This document shows, one piece after another, positions 29,868 to 40,637 of a stretch of 64,000 nt of DNA. A program made the position numbers and the translations under genes. The notes under the pieces were generated by a model, which was given only the letters and a program-made list of their open reading frames with translations, was not told the origin of the DNA and searched no databases. Where the stretch lies: NCBI GenBank assembly GCA_963814375.1, contig CAWFCQ010000005.1, positions 96,001-160,000 on the forward strand, in the 5' to 3' direction. Position 1 is the first letter of the stretch; the number at the start of each line of letters is the position of its first letter. This DNA comes from an uncultured Chloroflexia bacterium. Lineage in GTDB: Bacteria; Chloroflexota; Limnocylindria; QHBO01.

Positions 29868-30623
29868 TCAGCTCCCCATCACGATGCCGCCGTCGACGCC
29901 GAGCACCTGTCCCGTGACGTAGCGTGCCTCGTCGGAGGCGAAATAGACGGCGGCGCCGGCTACGTCGTCGACGGTGCCAACGTATCCGAGGGGAGTCGCC
30001 GATGTGAGCGCCTCGGTCGCGGCAGCCGGAAGGTCGGCCGTCAGATCGGTCTCGATCAGGCCGGGCGCGATGGCATTGCAGGTGATGCCGCGGCTGGCCA
30101 GCTCGCGCGCCGTGGTCTTCGTCAGGCCGATCAGCCCGGCCTTGGCGGCGGCGTAGTTGGCCTGTCCGGGATTCCCCATCCGGCCGGCGGCGCTGCTCAT
30201 GTTGATGATGCGACCGGAGCGCGCCTTCATCATCGGCCGGGCGATGGCGCGCGTCATCCAGAACGGTCCACCCAGGTTGGTGTCGATCACCGCGTCCCAC
30301 TCCTCGGCGTCCATCCGCATCAGGAGGTTGTCGCGCGTGATACCGGCGTTGTTGACGAGGATGTCGACCGAGCCGAGTCCGTCGATCGCGGCCTTCACGA
30401 TCGCCTCGCAGGCCTCACGCCCCGCGCTCGTGTCGCCCTGGACGGTGACTGACCGACGGCCCAGCGATCCGATCGCACTGGCGACCTCGTCGGCTGCCTC
30501 GACATTGCCGCGGTAGTTGATGGCCACGTCGGCACCCTGCCCGGCGAGCGCGATCGCGATTGCGCGGCCGAGCCCGCGGCTTCCGCCGGTGACGAGCGCG
30601 GTCTTGCCGGTGAGATCGAACAT
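29868..30623 (-). CDS. fabG: 3-oxoacyl-ACP reductase
   Basis: TGGSRGLG, NNAGITRD, GQANYAAAK. Confidence 0.93.
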   Translation of the reverse strand: MFDLTGKTALVTGGSRGLGRAIAIALAGQGADVAINYRGNVEAADEVASAIGSLGRRSVTVQGDTSAGREACEAIVKAAIDGLGSVDILVNNAGITRDNLLMRMDAEEWDAVIDTNLGGPFWMTRAIARPMMKARSGRIINMSSAAGRMGNPGQANYAAAKAGLIGLTKTTARELASRGITCNAIAPGLIETDLTADLPAAATEALTSATPLGYVGTVDDVAGAAVYFASDEARYVTGQVLGVDGGIVMGS

Positions 30624-31699
30624 CAGATGCCGACCCCGGCCAGCTCCCCAGCACCTCGTTGGGGCTGGCCCATCCGCGTCTGCGAGCCGGGCGCCAGGAA
30701 GGCGCGCGCGGGATCGGCCGTCCATTCGACCACCGCTGCCCCCGCCGTGTAGCCGGCGCCGAAGGCCGCCATCAGGAGGCGGTCGCCCTGCTTGATGCGA
30801 CCCTCGGCGATGGCCTCGACGAGCGCCATCGGCACCGATGCCGCCGAGGTGTTGCCGTAGCGCGCGATGTTGAGGTACGTCTTGTCGCCCGGGATGCCCA
30901 CCGCGTTCTGCACGCTCTCGATGATCCGCAGGTTCGCCTGGTGGAAGAGAAACTGGTCGACGTCGTCGACGGCCAGGCCGGCGTCCGACAGCGCCGAGCG
31001 GGCCGACTCCGCGAGCTGGCGCGTCGCGTACTTGTAGACCTCCTTGCCGGCCATGTGCACGAAGTGGCCGCCCTCGGCGATCGTCTTCGCCGTCGTCGGG
31101 CACGCGGAGCCTCCGGCCGGGAAGATGATCCCCTCCTTCCCGCTGCCGTCGCTGTACATGTCGAGGCCCATCAAGCCGCCGGGCTGATCCGATGCGGACA
31201 CGATGACCGCACCCGCCCCATCGCCGAACAGCACGCAGGTGTTGCGGTCGGTGTAGTCCAGGAACCGGCTCAGCAGCTCGACCCCGATGACCAGCACGTT
31301 GCGGTACATGCCGCTGCGCACGTAGGCGGTGGCGGTCGCGAGCGAGAAGACGAAGCCGGAGCAGGCGGCCATCAGGTCGAAGCCGGCAGCGCGGGTCGCG
31401 CCGAGCTCGTGGCCCACGAGCACCGCCGTGGCGGGCATGTAGTAGTCGGGCGAGCAGGTGCCGACGATGACGAGGTCGAGCTCGGTCGGCGTCATTCCGG
31501 CCACCGCCAGCGCGTCGCGCGCGGCGTGAACGCTCAGGGTGGTCGTCGTCTCGTCGTCGGCCGCGATGCGACGCTCGCGGATGCCGGTCCGGCTGACAAT
31601 CCACTCGTCGCTGGTGTCGACCAGCCTGGTGAGATCCTCGTTCGTCATCACCCGAGCCGGTGCGTACATTCCCCAGCCGGTAATCAGGGCGTTCGTCAT
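30623..31699 (-). CDS. fabH: Beta-ketoacyl-ACP synthase III
   Basis: DTSDEWIVSRTGI, AACSGF, FGDGAGA, HQAN, GNTSAAS. Confidence 0.95.
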   Translation of the reverse strand: MTNALITGWGMYAPARVMTNEDLTRLVDTSDEWIVSRTGIRERRIAADDETTTTLSVHAARDALAVAGMTPTELDLVIVGTCSPDYYMPATAVLVGHELGATRAAGFDLMAACSGFVFSLATATAYVRSGMYRNVLVIGVELLSRFLDYTDRNTCVLFGDGAGAVIVSASDQPGGLMGLDMYSDGSGKEGIIFPAGGSACPTTAKTIAEGGHFVHMAGKEVYKYATRQLAESARSALSDAGLAVDDVDQFLFHQANLRIIESVQNAVGIPGDKTYLNIARYGNTSAASVPMALVEAIAEGRIKQGDRLLMAAFGAGYTAGAAVVEWTADPARAFLAPGSQTRMGQPQRGAGELAGVGI

Positions 31700-31733
31700 C
31701 GTGGTCGTGCTCCTTCCCGGCGCTCCCGCCGGG

Positions 31734-32213
31734 TCATCGGGGGTCGATCTCCATCAGGGGCTGCTTGCGCTTCACGAGCGTGCCGTTCTCGACCATCACG
31801 CGCGTGATCCGGCCGGATGCATCGGACTTGATCTCGTTGAACAGCTTCATCGCCTCGATCAGCCCGACCACCTGACCAGACGCGATCTCGTCCCCCTCGT
31901 TGACATACGACCGCGCTCCGGGCGAGGGCGCCGGATACCACACGCCGGTGAGCGGAGCGCTCACGAAGCGCATGCCCGGCGCAGGCTCGCCGAACGGTGT
32001 GAGGCCGTCGCCGCCGGCGACGGGGGCGAGAGCCGGGGCGCTGGGCGCCTCGGCCGGCAGCGGGGCCGGTGCGGCCACAGGCGCCGGACGTGGGCGGGCC
32101 AGGCGCACGCGGAGATCGCCGGCCTCGAGCTCGAGCTCGTCGAGCCCGGCCTCGGCGAAGGCGGGGGCCAGCAGGTCGATCGCCGCGAGGAGGGCGTCCG
32201 GCTGATCGGTCAT
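31734..32213 (-). CDS. accB: Biotin carboxyl carrier protein
   Basis: IEAMKLFNEI biotinylation motif; PAPSPGA thumb loop; Pro/Ala linker. Confidence 0.93.
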   Translation of the reverse strand: MTDQPDALLAAIDLLAPAFAEAGLDELELEAGDLRVRLARPRPAPVAAPAPLPAEAPSAPALAPVAGGDGLTPFGEPAPGMRFVSAPLTGVWYPAPSPGARSYVNEGDEIASGQVVGLIEAMKLFNEIKSDASGRITRVMVENGTLVKRKQPLMEIDPR

Positions 32214-33475
32214 GCGCCGTCGTACCGGCGAAAGACGAGGGTCGCGTTGTGGCCACCGAACCCGAAGCTGTTGCTCATGCCGACCGTCACCTCGGCCTGA
32301 CGCGCCTCGTGCGGCACGTAGTCGAGGTCGCAGTCGGGGTCGGGATGGTCCAGGTTGATGGTCGGCGGGATGATGCCGGTGTTGATCGTCTGGATCGTGG
32401 CGATCGCCTCGACCCCGCCCCCGGCTCCCATGAGGTGGCCGGTCATCGACTTCGTGCTGCTGATGGGAACCTTGTAGGCACGCTCGTCGAAGAGCGTCTT
32501 GATGGCGGCCGTCTCCGAGCGGTCGTTCGGCGGCGTGCTCGTCCCGTGGGCGTTGATGTAGTCGATGTCGTCGGTGGTAAGACCGGCATCGGCGATGGCG
32601 ATGCGCATGCTCTCGACCGCCCCGCGACCGCCCGGTGCCGGCAGCGTGATGTGCGAGGCGTCGTCGGTCGCGCCGTAGCCGATCACCTCCGCGTGGATGG
32701 TGGCGCCACGCCCGCGCGCGTGCTCGAGCTCCTCGAGCACCAGGACCCCCGCACCGTCTGCCATGACGAAGCCGTCTCGCTGCGCGTCGAACGGGCGCGA
32801 GGCCTTCTCCGGCTGCTCGTTGCAGTTCGTCGAGAGGGCACGCATCGCGCTGAAGGCTCCGACCGGGATCTCGCCGATCCCCGCCTCCGCACCGCCGGCG
32901 ATCATGATGTCGGCATCACCGCGGCGGATGATGTTGAGCGAGTCGCCGATGGCATGGTTGGCGCTCGAGCAAGCGCTGACCGTGGCGTAGTTCGGGCCGC
33001 GGGCGTTGGCGTAGATGGCGACGTACCCAGCCGCCATGTCGGGGATCATCGCGGTCACCAGGAAGGGGCCGACGCGCTCGACGCCCAGCTCGTGCGCCTC
33101 GATGACGTCGCGGATCATCGTGTTGATTCCGCCGATGCCGGAGCCGATGATCGTGCCGGTGCGCCACGCCAGCGCCTCGTCGGTGATCGGATTCTCCAGC
33201 CCGGCATCGCGCATCGCCTCCGCCACCGCCGCCCAGGCGAAATGCACGTAGCGGTCGTTCCGCCGCACCTCCTTTTTCGGCATGATCGCGTCGGCATCGA
33301 AGCCCTTGATCTCGCCGGCCACCTTGCTGGCGGTCCTGGCCGGGTCGAAGATCGTGATCCGGGTAATGCCGCTGCGCCCGTTGACCAGGGAGTCCCAGAA
33401 GGCGGGCACGTCGTTCCCGATAGGGGTCAACGCGCCCATGCCGGTGATCACCACTCGCCGCTCGCCATCACGCAT
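32210..33475 (-). CDS. fabF: Beta-ketoacyl-ACP synthase II
   Basis: [33 protein letters not shown]. Confidence 0.95.
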   Translation of the reverse strand: MRDGERRVVITGMGALTPIGNDVPAFWDSLVNGRSGITRITIFDPARTASKVAGEIKGFDADAIMPKKEVRRNDRYVHFAWAAVAEAMRDAGLENPITDEALAWRTGTIIGSGIGGINTMIRDVIEAHELGVERVGPFLVTAMIPDMAAGYVAIYANARGPNYATVSACSSANHAIGDSLNIIRRGDADIMIAGGAEAGIGEIPVGAFSAMRALSTNCNEQPEKASRPFDAQRDGFVMADGAGVLVLEELEHARGRGATIHAEVIGYGATDDASHITLPAPGGRGAVESMRIAIADAGLTTDDIDYINAHGTSTPPNDRSETAAIKTLFDERAYKVPISSTKSMTGHLMGAGGGVEAIATIQTINTGIIPPTINLDHPDPDCDLDYVPHEARQAEVTVGMSNSFGFGGHNATLVFRRYDGA

Positions 33476-33959
33476 CGCTGACGCTCCCGCTGAGCTGCTG
33501 GTCACGCGGAAAGATGACCGAGATCGTCGCCTCCACCGCCACCTCGCCGTCAACCGATCCAACGGCGCGGGCACGCCCGAAGATCCCGCGCAGCTTCTCG
33601 ATGGTGGCCTCGAGGCGGAGCGTGTCCCCCGGGACGACCATTCGCTTGAAGCGGCACTCGTCGATGCCCGCGAAGAGCCCGAGCTTGCCCTGGTACTCCG
33701 GCATCGTGACGACGGCGATGCCCACCGCCTGGGCCAGCGCCTCGACCATCAGGACGCCGGGCATGATCGGGCGTCCGGGGAAGTGCCCGGTGAACTGCGG
33801 CTCGTTGGCGGTCACCGCCTTGATCGCCACGATTCGCTTGCCGGGCTCCAGCTCGACGACACGATCGACGAGGAGGAACGGGTAGCGATGCGGCAGGATG
33901 CCCATGATGTCGGCCGCCTCGAGCGGCGGGGTGAAGGTGCTGATCGTCTCGATGGTCAT
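33468..33959 (-). CDS. fabZ: 3-hydroxyacyl-ACP dehydratase
   Basis: [26 protein letters not shown]. Confidence 0.95.
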   Translation of the reverse strand: MTIETISTFTPPLEAADIMGILPHRYPFLLVDRVVELEPGKRIVAIKAVTANEPQFTGHFPGRPIMPGVLMVEALAQAVGIAVVTMPEYQGKLGLFAGIDECRFKRMVVPGDTLRLEATIEKLRGIFGRARAVGSVDGEVAVEATISVIFPRDQQLSGSVSDA

Positions 33960-33973
33960 GAGCTCCGTTCTCT

Positions 33974-35332
33974 CTAGCCTCCGACGAAGGCCGCCGGCCC
34001 GACGCGATCGAGGAGGTTGGTGCTGACGCGCGCGTCGAGGAACGCGTCGTTGTTGATGATGCCGCGGTGGAACGGGATGTTGGTCTTCAACCCATCCACC
34101 TCGAACTCGGCGAGCGCGCGCCGCGACCGCGCCAGCGCGATCTCCCGTGTCTCGCCCCACACGATGAGCTTGGCGAGGAGGCTGTCGTAGAAGGGCGGGA
34201 CCTCGTAGCCAGGGTAGATGTGCGTGTCGACCCGGACGCCCGGGCCGCCCGGCAGGTTGACGGAGCCGATCTCGCCGGCCTGCGGCGAGAAGTTGTCGCT
34301 CGGATCCTCGGCGTTGATCCGAAACTCGATCGCGTGCCCACGAAAGCGGATCTCGTCCTGGCGCAGGCTGAGGCGCTCGCCGGCGGCGACCCGGATCTGC
34401 TCGGCGATCAGGTCCACGCCGGTCACCATCTCGGTGACCGGGTGCTCGACCTGGATGCGGCAGTTGATCTCGATGAAGTAGAAGTTCCCGTCGGCGTCGA
34501 GCAGGAACTCGAGCGTCCCGGCGCTCTCGTAGCCGGCCGCCACGACGCTCCGGACGGCGAGGTCGCGAAGTCGCTCGCGGGCGGCGTCGTTCATCGCCGG
34601 CGACGGCCCCTCCTCGATGATCTTCTGATGCCGGCGCTGGACGCTGCAGTCCCGCTCGCCGAGATGGACCCCGCTCCCGTGCTGGTCGATCATCACCTGG
34701 ACCTCGACGTGGCGCGACTCCTCGATCCACCTCTCGAAGTAGATGCTGTCATCGCCGAAGGCGGCCTGCGCCTCCGAGCGCGCCAAGGGCAGCGAGGTCT
34801 CCATCTCGCGCGGTGAGCGAATGAGCCGCATGCCCCGACCGCCTCCTCCCGCCGACGGCTTGAGAAGGACCGGGTAGCCCGCCTCGCCGGCCTGCTCGAG
34901 CGCGTCACCCAGATCAGTGACGATCCCGCGGCTGCCCGGCACCGTGGGCAGGCCGTTCGCGGCCAGCATCCGACGCACGGCGTACTTCGACGCGAAGCGT
35001 TCGAGCACCTCCGGTCGCGGGCCGATGAAGGTGAGGTCGTGCGCCCCGCACGCCTCGGCGAAGCTCGCGTCCTCGCTCAGGAATCCGTACCCGGGATGGA
35101 CCGCGTCGCAGCCGGTGATCATCGCCGCGCTGATGACGGCTGGCTGGTTGAGATAGCTCTTGCGCGCCTCGGCAGGCCCGATGCAGATCGCCTCATCAGC
35201 CAGTCGCACTGCCAGTGACTCGCGGTCGGCCTCGCTGAAGGCGACCACCGCCGGCAGGCCGAGGTCGCGGCAGGCGCGAAGGATGCGCACGGCGATCTCG
35301 CCACGGTTGGCGATGAGAATCTTGGTGACCAC
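33974..35332 (-). CDS. accC: Biotin carboxylase
   Basis: [44 protein letters not shown]. Confidence 0.95.
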   Translation of the reverse strand: MVTKILIANRGEIAVRILRACRDLGLPAVVAFSEADRESLAVRLADEAICIGPAEARKSYLNQPAVISAAMITGCDAVHPGYGFLSEDASFAEACGAHDLTFIGPRPEVLERFASKYAVRRMLAANGLPTVPGSRGIVTDLGDALEQAGEAGYPVLLKPSAGGGGRGMRLIRSPREMETSLPLARSEAQAAFGDDSIYFERWIEESRHVEVQVMIDQHGSGVHLGERDCSVQRRHQKIIEEGPSPAMNDAARERLRDLAVRSVVAAGYESAGTLEFLLDADGNFYFIEINCRIQVEHPVTEMVTGVDLIAEQIRVAAGERLSLRQDEIRFRGHAIEFRINAEDPSDNFSPQAGEIGSVNLPGGPGVRVDTHIYPGYEVPPFYDSLLAKLIVWGETREIALARSRRALAEFEVDGLKTNIPFHRGIINNDAFLDARVSTNLLDRVGPAAFVGG

Positions 35333-35334
35333 GG

Positions 35335-36282
35335 TCAGACCGCGACCCCGGCGCGCTGGCGCAGGAGCCCGGCTGTTGCCTCGAGGCTCCGAGCATCGGT
35401 CACCGTGGCTGTTCCGGCGTCGGGCGCGATGCGCTTCACCATCCCGACCAATGCCGCGCCGGTGCCGCACTCGATGAGGAGGTCGACCCCGTCGTCGACC
35501 ATGCGCCGCACGCAGGCCACCCACTCGACGGGCGAGCGCACCTGCTCGGCAAGGAGCGAGCGGATCCGACCGACGTCGGTGAGCGGCTCGGCGGTGACGT
35601 TGCTCATGACCGCGATGCGTGGGGCGTGCCACTCCTCCGCCTCGAAGGCGTCCGACAGCGCGTCGGCGACGCCGCTCATGAGCGGCGAGTGGAAGGCGCC
35701 CGAGACGGGGAGCCTGAGGACGCGCTTCGCACCGGCCGCGCGCATCGGCTCCTCGGCGGCGAGGAGCGCATCAGGGGCGCCGGAGATGACGACCTGGCCG
35801 GGAGCGTTGTCGTTGGCGACCACGAGCTCGGTGGGGCGGGCCACGGAGTCGACCACCGATTGGACGGCGTGGCGCTCCATGCCGATGACCGCCGCCATGC
35901 CGCCGCCGCCGTCGGCCTCGGCCATCAGCTCGGCGCGGCGCTGAACGAGGCGCAGCGCAGCGGGCAGCTCCAGCACGCCGGCGGCCACGAGCGCCGCGTA
36001 CTCGCCGACCGAGTGCCCGGCCACGATGGAGGGCCGCACCTCGACCGCTTCCTCGAGCGCGCGCAACGCCGCGACCGACGTCGCGAGAAGGCATGGCTGC
36101 GTCTGGCGCGTGTCGTTCAGCCGATCCTCCGGACCGTCCCAGCAGGCCGAGGACACCGACCAGCCGAGGGCGGCATCCGCCTCGTCGAAGGCCGAGCGCG
36201 CCGCCGGGGAGCGCTGGGCGAGCTCGCGGCCCATCCCGATCGCCTGTGAGCCCTGCGGGCTGAAGAGCAGCGCGAGGCTCAT
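35335..36282 (-). CDS. fabD: Malonyl-CoA:ACP transacylase
   Basis: QGSQ, TQP, GHSVGEY, VSGAFHS. Confidence 0.93.
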   Translation of the reverse strand: MSLALLFSPQGSQAIGMGRELAQRSPAARSAFDEADAALGWSVSSACWDGPEDRLNDTRQTQPCLLATSVAALRALEEAVEVRPSIVAGHSVGEYAALVAAGVLELPAALRLVQRRAELMAEADGGGGMAAVIGMERHAVQSVVDSVARPTELVVANDNAPGQVVISGAPDALLAAEEPMRAAGAKRVLRLPVSGAFHSPLMSGVADALSDAFEAEEWHAPRIAVMSNVTAEPLTDVGRIRSLLAEQVRSPVEWVACVRRMVDDGVDLLIECGTGAALVGMVKRIAPDAGTATVTDARSLEATAGLLRQRAGVAV

Positions 36283-36752
36283 CTCGGCGCCTCCGGTGGC
36301 TCGAGCTCGAGGACGACCTGGCCGTACTCGACCGCCTCGCCGCTCTCGGCCACGAGGTGGAGGACGGTGCCGGCGCGTGGCGCGCGCACGTCGTGGCGGA
36401 CGCCGAGCATCTCGATGTGGCCGAGCGCATCGCCCTTGCCGACCGTGAGTCCGGGGCCGAGGCCCTCGGCGTAGACGAAGAACCCCACCGCGGGCGAAGC
36501 GACGCCGACCGATGCGGGGGCACCCGGGGGCTGCGTCGCGGGCGCCGGCGCGGAGTCCTGCGCCACTCTCGCCGGCCCGGGTGCCGGCGCGGGCGTCATG
36601 CCACCGGAAGCCGCGCTGACGCGAAGCCGCAGGTCGCCCCGCGACACCTCGATCTCGCCCAGCCCGTGTCGGGCGAGCCGCTCGGTGAGCTCGGGCAGAA
36701 GCTCCTCGGCGGCGCGCGTGATGGCCTGGAGCGCCTCGTCGCGATCGGTCAT
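36279..36752 (-). CDS. BCCP-like protein lacking the biotinylated lysine
   Basis: [29 protein letters not shown] (in place of EAMK), GEAVEYGQ. Confidence 0.85.
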   Translation of the reverse strand: MTDRDEALQAITRAAEELLPELTERLARHGLGEIEVSRGDLRLRVSAASGGMTPAPAPGPARVAQDSAPAPATQPPGAPASVGVASPAVGFFVYAEGLGPGLTVGKGDALGHIEMLGVRHDVRAPRAGTVLHLVAESGEAVEYGQVVLELEPPEAPR

Positions 36753-37768
36753 GCGCCTCCCTCGTTCTCGCCGTCATCGTCGGCGCTCGGCCAGATCTCG
36801 CTCCAGCGCGGGCGGCGCGGCGCGCCCGGCAGGTGAAGAATGCGCCCGATGCGACGGGTCAGCGACGGGGCCTCGGGCGCCTGCGTCGAGCCCGCCTCGG
36901 TCTCGAGATAGGCACCCGCGCTGCGCAGACGAGCGTAGCGCGTGGCGAGCAGCTCTGCCGTGTCGCGGCCCGAGAGGCCACGAAGCGCCGCGAGCAGGGC
37001 CGAGCGCACGGCCCTGGCGGTGGCGGCGTGATCCGTGTGCGCGCCCTCGCCCGGCTCGCGGATGACCGTATCGACGACTCCGAGCTCGGCCTGGTCGGCC
37101 GCCGTCATGCGCATCGCGGCCGCGGCCACCTGCGCCTCGTCGCGCGAGCGCCACAGGATCGACGAGGCGCCCTCGGGGCTGATGACCGAGTACACCGAGT
37201 TCTCGAGGGCGAGCACGGTGTCGCCAACGCCGATCGCAAGCGCTCCGCCGGAGCCTCCCTCCCCCAGAACCACCACGACGATCGGCACCTGGAGGCCCGT
37301 CATGAGCTTGATGCTCGAGGCGATCGCCTCGGCCTGGCCGCGCTCCTCGGCGGCCGGGCCCGGGAAGGCGCCAGCCGTGTCGAGGAAGGTGACGATCGGC
37401 AGGCCGAGCTTGTCGGCGAGGCGCATCAGCCGCTGCGCCTTGCGAAAGCCCTCCGGGTGAGGTGAGCCGAAGTTCCGCGCGATGTTGGAGTCGGTATCGG
37501 TCCCCTTCTGGTGGCCGATCACCATGACGGCGCGGCCTTCGAGGAGAGCGGGCCCGCCGACGATCGCCGGATCGTCACCGAACGCCCGGTCGCCGTGCAG
37601 TTCGAAGAACCCCTCGAAGATGAGGGACACCAGGTCGAGCGTGCGCGGCCGCTGCGGATGACGCGCCAGCTGGACGTGCCGCCAGGCAGACTCGATCGCC
37701 GCTCGATCCAGCGGGGAGCCGGACGGCAGTGCGGCAACGGCGGCAACCGGCTCGAGCGGCTCGGTCAT
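36749..37768 (-). CDS. accA: Acetyl-CoA carboxylase carboxyltransferase alpha
   Basis: [40 protein letters not shown]. Confidence 0.95.
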   Translation of the reverse strand: MTEPLEPVAAVAALPSGSPLDRAAIESAWRHVQLARHPQRPRTLDLVSLIFEGFFELHGDRAFGDDPAIVGGPALLEGRAVMVIGHQKGTDTDSNIARNFGSPHPEGFRKAQRLMRLADKLGLPIVTFLDTAGAFPGPAAEERGQAEAIASSIKLMTGLQVPIVVVVLGEGGSGGALAIGVGDTVLALENSVYSVISPEGASSILWRSRDEAQVAAAAMRMTAADQAELGVVDTVIREPGEGAHTDHAATARAVRSALLAALRGLSGRDTAELLATRYARLRSAGAYLETEAGSTQAPEAPSLTRRIGRILHLPGAPRRPRWSEIWPSADDDGENEGGA

Positions 37769-38781
37769 CGCTCATCTTCCCCCGCGTCGGCCGGGGCTCG
37801 GGACGCGGCCGGGCCACGCCCGTTGCCACCCTCGGCCTCGGCGTCGACATCGATTCCGATCGTTTCGCTCACGGCGCCGCCCAGCCGCTCGGCGAACCCG
37901 GAGAGCGCGCCGATCGGGCCCCAGGCGCGCTCCGCCTCTTCGGCTGCGGCGTCAGCCGCGCGCGGCACGGGGAGGAGCCTGAGCAGCCGGCCCAGGGTGG
38001 CTCGCAGCTCGGGCCGGGGCACGATGGCATCGACGAATCCGTGAGCCAGCAGGAACTCCGCGGTCTGGAAGCCCTCCGGCATCTCCTCGCCGACCGTGTC
38101 GGACGCGACCCGGGCGCCAGCGAAGCCGATGAGCGCCTTCGGCTCGGCGAGCACGACGTCGCCCAGGCTCGCGAAGCTGGCGAGGACGCCGCCGGTTGTC
38201 GGATCGGTGAGCACGGCGATGAACGGGACACCCGCATGGTCGAGCCGGACGAGGGGAGCTGTCGTCTTCGAGAGCTGCATCAGCGACAGCGTCCCCTCCT
38301 GCATGCGCGCGCCCCCCGAGGCGCTGACCACGATGGCGGGGATCCGCTCGGCGAGCGCCGTCTCGAAGCAGCGCGCCAGCTTCTCACCCACCACGCTTCC
38401 CATGCTGCCGCCCATGAAGCGGAAGTCGAAGATGCCGATGGCGACCCGCCTGCCCTCGATCTGGCCAACCCCCCAGACCACGGCGTCTCGCAGGCCGGTC
38501 TTGATGCGCGCGGCCTCCAGACGGTCCGAATACGGCTGCGCATCGTGGAAGCCGAGACGGTCCACCGACTCCAGCCCTCCATCACGCTCCTGGAAGGTGC
38601 CCGGGTCGAGCAGCATGTCGATCCGCTCGCCGACCGACATGCGGAAGTGGTGGCCGCACGAGGGGCAGAGGCGCAGTCCGCGCTCGAGCTGCCGGCTGAA
38701 GACCTGCGCGTCGCAGCTTGGGCACTTCGTCCAGGCGTCGCTCGGGGCCGCGCGGCGGCTGAACGGAAACTTGATCGGCAA
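37765..38781 (-). CDS. accD: Acetyl-CoA carboxylase carboxyltransferase beta (TTG start)
   Basis: [40 protein letters not shown]. Confidence 0.95.
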   Translation of the reverse strand: MPIKFPFSRRAAPSDAWTKCPSCDAQVFSRQLERGLRLCPSCGHHFRMSVGERIDMLLDPGTFQERDGGLESVDRLGFHDAQPYSDRLEAARIKTGLRDAVVWGVGQIEGRRVAIGIFDFRFMGGSMGSVVGEKLARCFETALAERIPAIVVSASGGARMQEGTLSLMQLSKTTAPLVRLDHAGVPFIAVLTDPTTGGVLASFASLGDVVLAEPKALIGFAGARVASDTVGEEMPEGFQTAEFLLAHGFVDAIVPRPELRATLGRLLRLLPVPRAADAAAEEAERAWGPIGALSGFAERLGGAVSETIGIDVDAEAEGGNGRGPAASRAPADAGEDER

Positions 38782-38795
38782 TCTCGTTCCCCCGC

Positions 38796-39152
38796 CTACC
38801 GGTGCAGCAGCCGATGCGGCGCGCGGAGCCGCGCTCCGCGCCAGACGGCGAATGCCGTCACTCCCACCCCCACCGCCGATCCGACCGCTCCGGTCACAAT
38901 CAGCCGACCGGGATGCCGCAGGATCCACGGCGACGGCGAGATCGAGAGACGGGCGCCGAGACGGGCCTCGAATCGGGGCGCCACCAGGGAGGTGCCGAGC
39001 TGCTCACGCAGCCTGGCAGCCGTGGCGAGCAGCGGCCGATCAGCGTCGGTGACGCCGGCGCCTGCCGCCGCGACCGCCGGCGTGGCGCCCGCCAGCAGAT
39101 CGTCGAGGGCACGGTCGAGCCGCTCGGCACGCGTGGGACGTTGGATCATCAC
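38796..39152 (-). CDS. Small single-TM protein, putative minimal anti-sigma factor
   Basis: Helical N-terminus (LDRALDDLL..PRFEARLGARL), one TM helix, short basic tail; follows the ECF sigma. Confidence 0.55.
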   Translation of the reverse strand: MMIQRPTRAERLDRALDDLLAGATPAVAAAGAGVTDADRPLLATAARLREQLGTSLVAPRFEARLGARLSISPSPWILRHPGRLIVTGAVGSAVGVGVTAFAVWRGARLRAPHRLLHR

Positions 39153-39160
39153 GCTCCTGC

Positions 39161-39187
39161 TAACACCGCGGAGCGCAAAACGTTACA
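39161..39187 (-). promoter_or_regulatory. ECF-type promoter TGTAAC-N16-TGTTA
   Basis: TGTAAC (39187-39182), TGTTA (39165-39161), then AGGAG RBS. Confidence 0.45.
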
Positions 39188-39197
39188 CCCCTCGGAT

Positions 39198-39767
39198 TCA
39201 CCCCCGGCCGAGATGATCCGCGAGGTCGCGCAGGGCTCGATGCTGAAGCACGCGGACGGCTCCTTCGCTGCGGTCCATGACCGACCCGATCTCTCGAGCC
39301 GTCAGGCCGTCGACGAAGCGGAGCACGACGACCTGCCTCCGGTCCTCGGGCAGCAGGCTCAGGGCCCAGCGCAGGCGGCGTGTCTCCTCGGCCCGGCCCA
39401 CCAGGCCGGCCGGATCGACGTCGGCGATCGGCTCAGCCACTGCCTCGAGCGACGCGGCGACGTGGCGCCGCCGCGTGCGCAGGGCGTTGGCGAGCTGATT
39501 GTGGGCAATCCGAAAGAGCCAGGCGCGGAACGTCGCTCCCTCATCGCGGAAGCCGTCGATGGCGGCCAGGGCCGCGGCAAACGTTCGCTCGGTGGCGTCC
39601 TCGGCGTCGTGATGGTCGCCCAGGAGGTAGAAGCAGTACCCGTACACCCGGTCGATGTAGCGGCGGTAGAGCGGGCCGAACGCCGCTCGGTCGCGCTGTG
39701 CCGCGCGCACCGCCTCGAGGTCCGGATCGGCGGCCGCGGCGCGGCGACGTGCCGGTTCGGCGCTCAC
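39198..39767 (-). CDS. ECF RNA polymerase sigma factor
   Basis: AFGPLYRRY, DAEDATERTF, AWLFRIAHN, LPEDRRQVVVLRF, SEGAVRVLQHRAL. Confidence 0.92.
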   Translation of the reverse strand: MSAEPARRRAAAADPDLEAVRAAQRDRAAFGPLYRRYIDRVYGYCFYLLGDHHDAEDATERTFAAALAAIDGFRDEGATFRAWLFRIAHNQLANALRTRRRHVAASLEAVAEPIADVDPAGLVGRAEETRRLRWALSLLPEDRRQVVVLRFVDGLTAREIGSVMDRSEGAVRVLQHRALRDLADHLGRG

Positions 39768-40570
39768 GACGCTCCTCCGCGCTGGACCCGGACGACCTCG
39801 CCTCCGGCCAGCGCGTGGCGGCCATCCTCCGCCTCTACGACAAGGGCGCCGGTCGGATCGAGATCGACCGCTCGCCCGTGGACCGCGCCCTCCGGCGTGG
39901 CGACGGTCACGAACGCGCCGAGCGTCGAGCAGGCGTCGCGGTAACGCTCGAGCGGCGACCGTCCCGCCTCGATCCCCTCGATCTCGTCCGAGAGCGCGTC
40001 GAGCAGCGCACGCAGCAGGTCGGCGCGATCGATGGGGCGGCCGGCGAGGTCGGACAGCGAGGTCGCCCGCGCGGCGATCTCGGCGGGCATCTCCGCGCGC
40101 GGCCAGTTTACGTTGAGGCCGATCCCGACGATCGCGCCCCGGAGCCGCTCCCCCTCCGTGATCGTCTCGATGAGCAGACCACCGACCTTCCGTCCGTCGA
40201 GGCCCTCGACGTCGTTGGGCCACTTCAGCCGAACGGGAGCCGCGGCAGCGGACGCCACCGCCACGCCGAGTGCGGCACCCATGCCGAGCTGCCAGGCATC
40301 GGCCGGCGCCAGTCGGGGCCGGAGGGCGACGCTGAACGTGAGGTTGCGCCCCGCCGGCGACAGCCAGCTGCGGCCCAGCCGGCCGCGTCCGCCAGTCTGC
40401 TCCTCGGCCAGCACCACGCTGCCGTCGCCTGACGGAGCATCGAGCAGCGTGCGTGCTCGGTCGTTGGTGGACCCGATGCGGTCGTGCGCCTCGATCGCGT
40501 GGCCCACCCGCCGCATCGGCCGCACGGCCGCCTGCCACGCATGGCTGGGGGTCGCGAGAGGCTCGATCAT
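39764..40570 (-). CDS. birA: Biotin-[acetyl-CoA carboxylase] ligase without HTH (class I)
   Basis: STND, QTGGRGRLGRSW, KWPND, KVGGLLIE, GIGLNV. Confidence 0.93.
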   Translation of the reverse strand: MIEPLATPSHAWQAAVRPMRRVGHAIEAHDRIGSTNDRARTLLDAPSGDGSVVLAEEQTGGRGRLGRSWLSPAGRNLTFSVALRPRLAPADAWQLGMGAALGVAVASAAAAPVRLKWPNDVEGLDGRKVGGLLIETITEGERLRGAIVGIGLNVNWPRAEMPAEIAARATSLSDLAGRPIDRADLLRALLDALSDEIEGIEAGRSPLERYRDACSTLGAFVTVATPEGAVHGRAVDLDPTGALVVEAEDGRHALAGGEVVRVQRGGAS

Positions 40571-40637
40571 GGGGCGCAACGATACCCGCTCGCGGGCGGG
40601 CTGCCCATCGGAGCCGTGCGCTACACTCACTCGTCCC

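Noticed and set aside
29347-39767. Long N-terminal extensions on sodN, fabG, fabZ, accC, fabD and the ECF sigma in the ORF track
   Set aside because: These are stop-free shadow frames of upstream genes in high-GC DNA; true starts have RBSs or stop/start overlaps further downstream.
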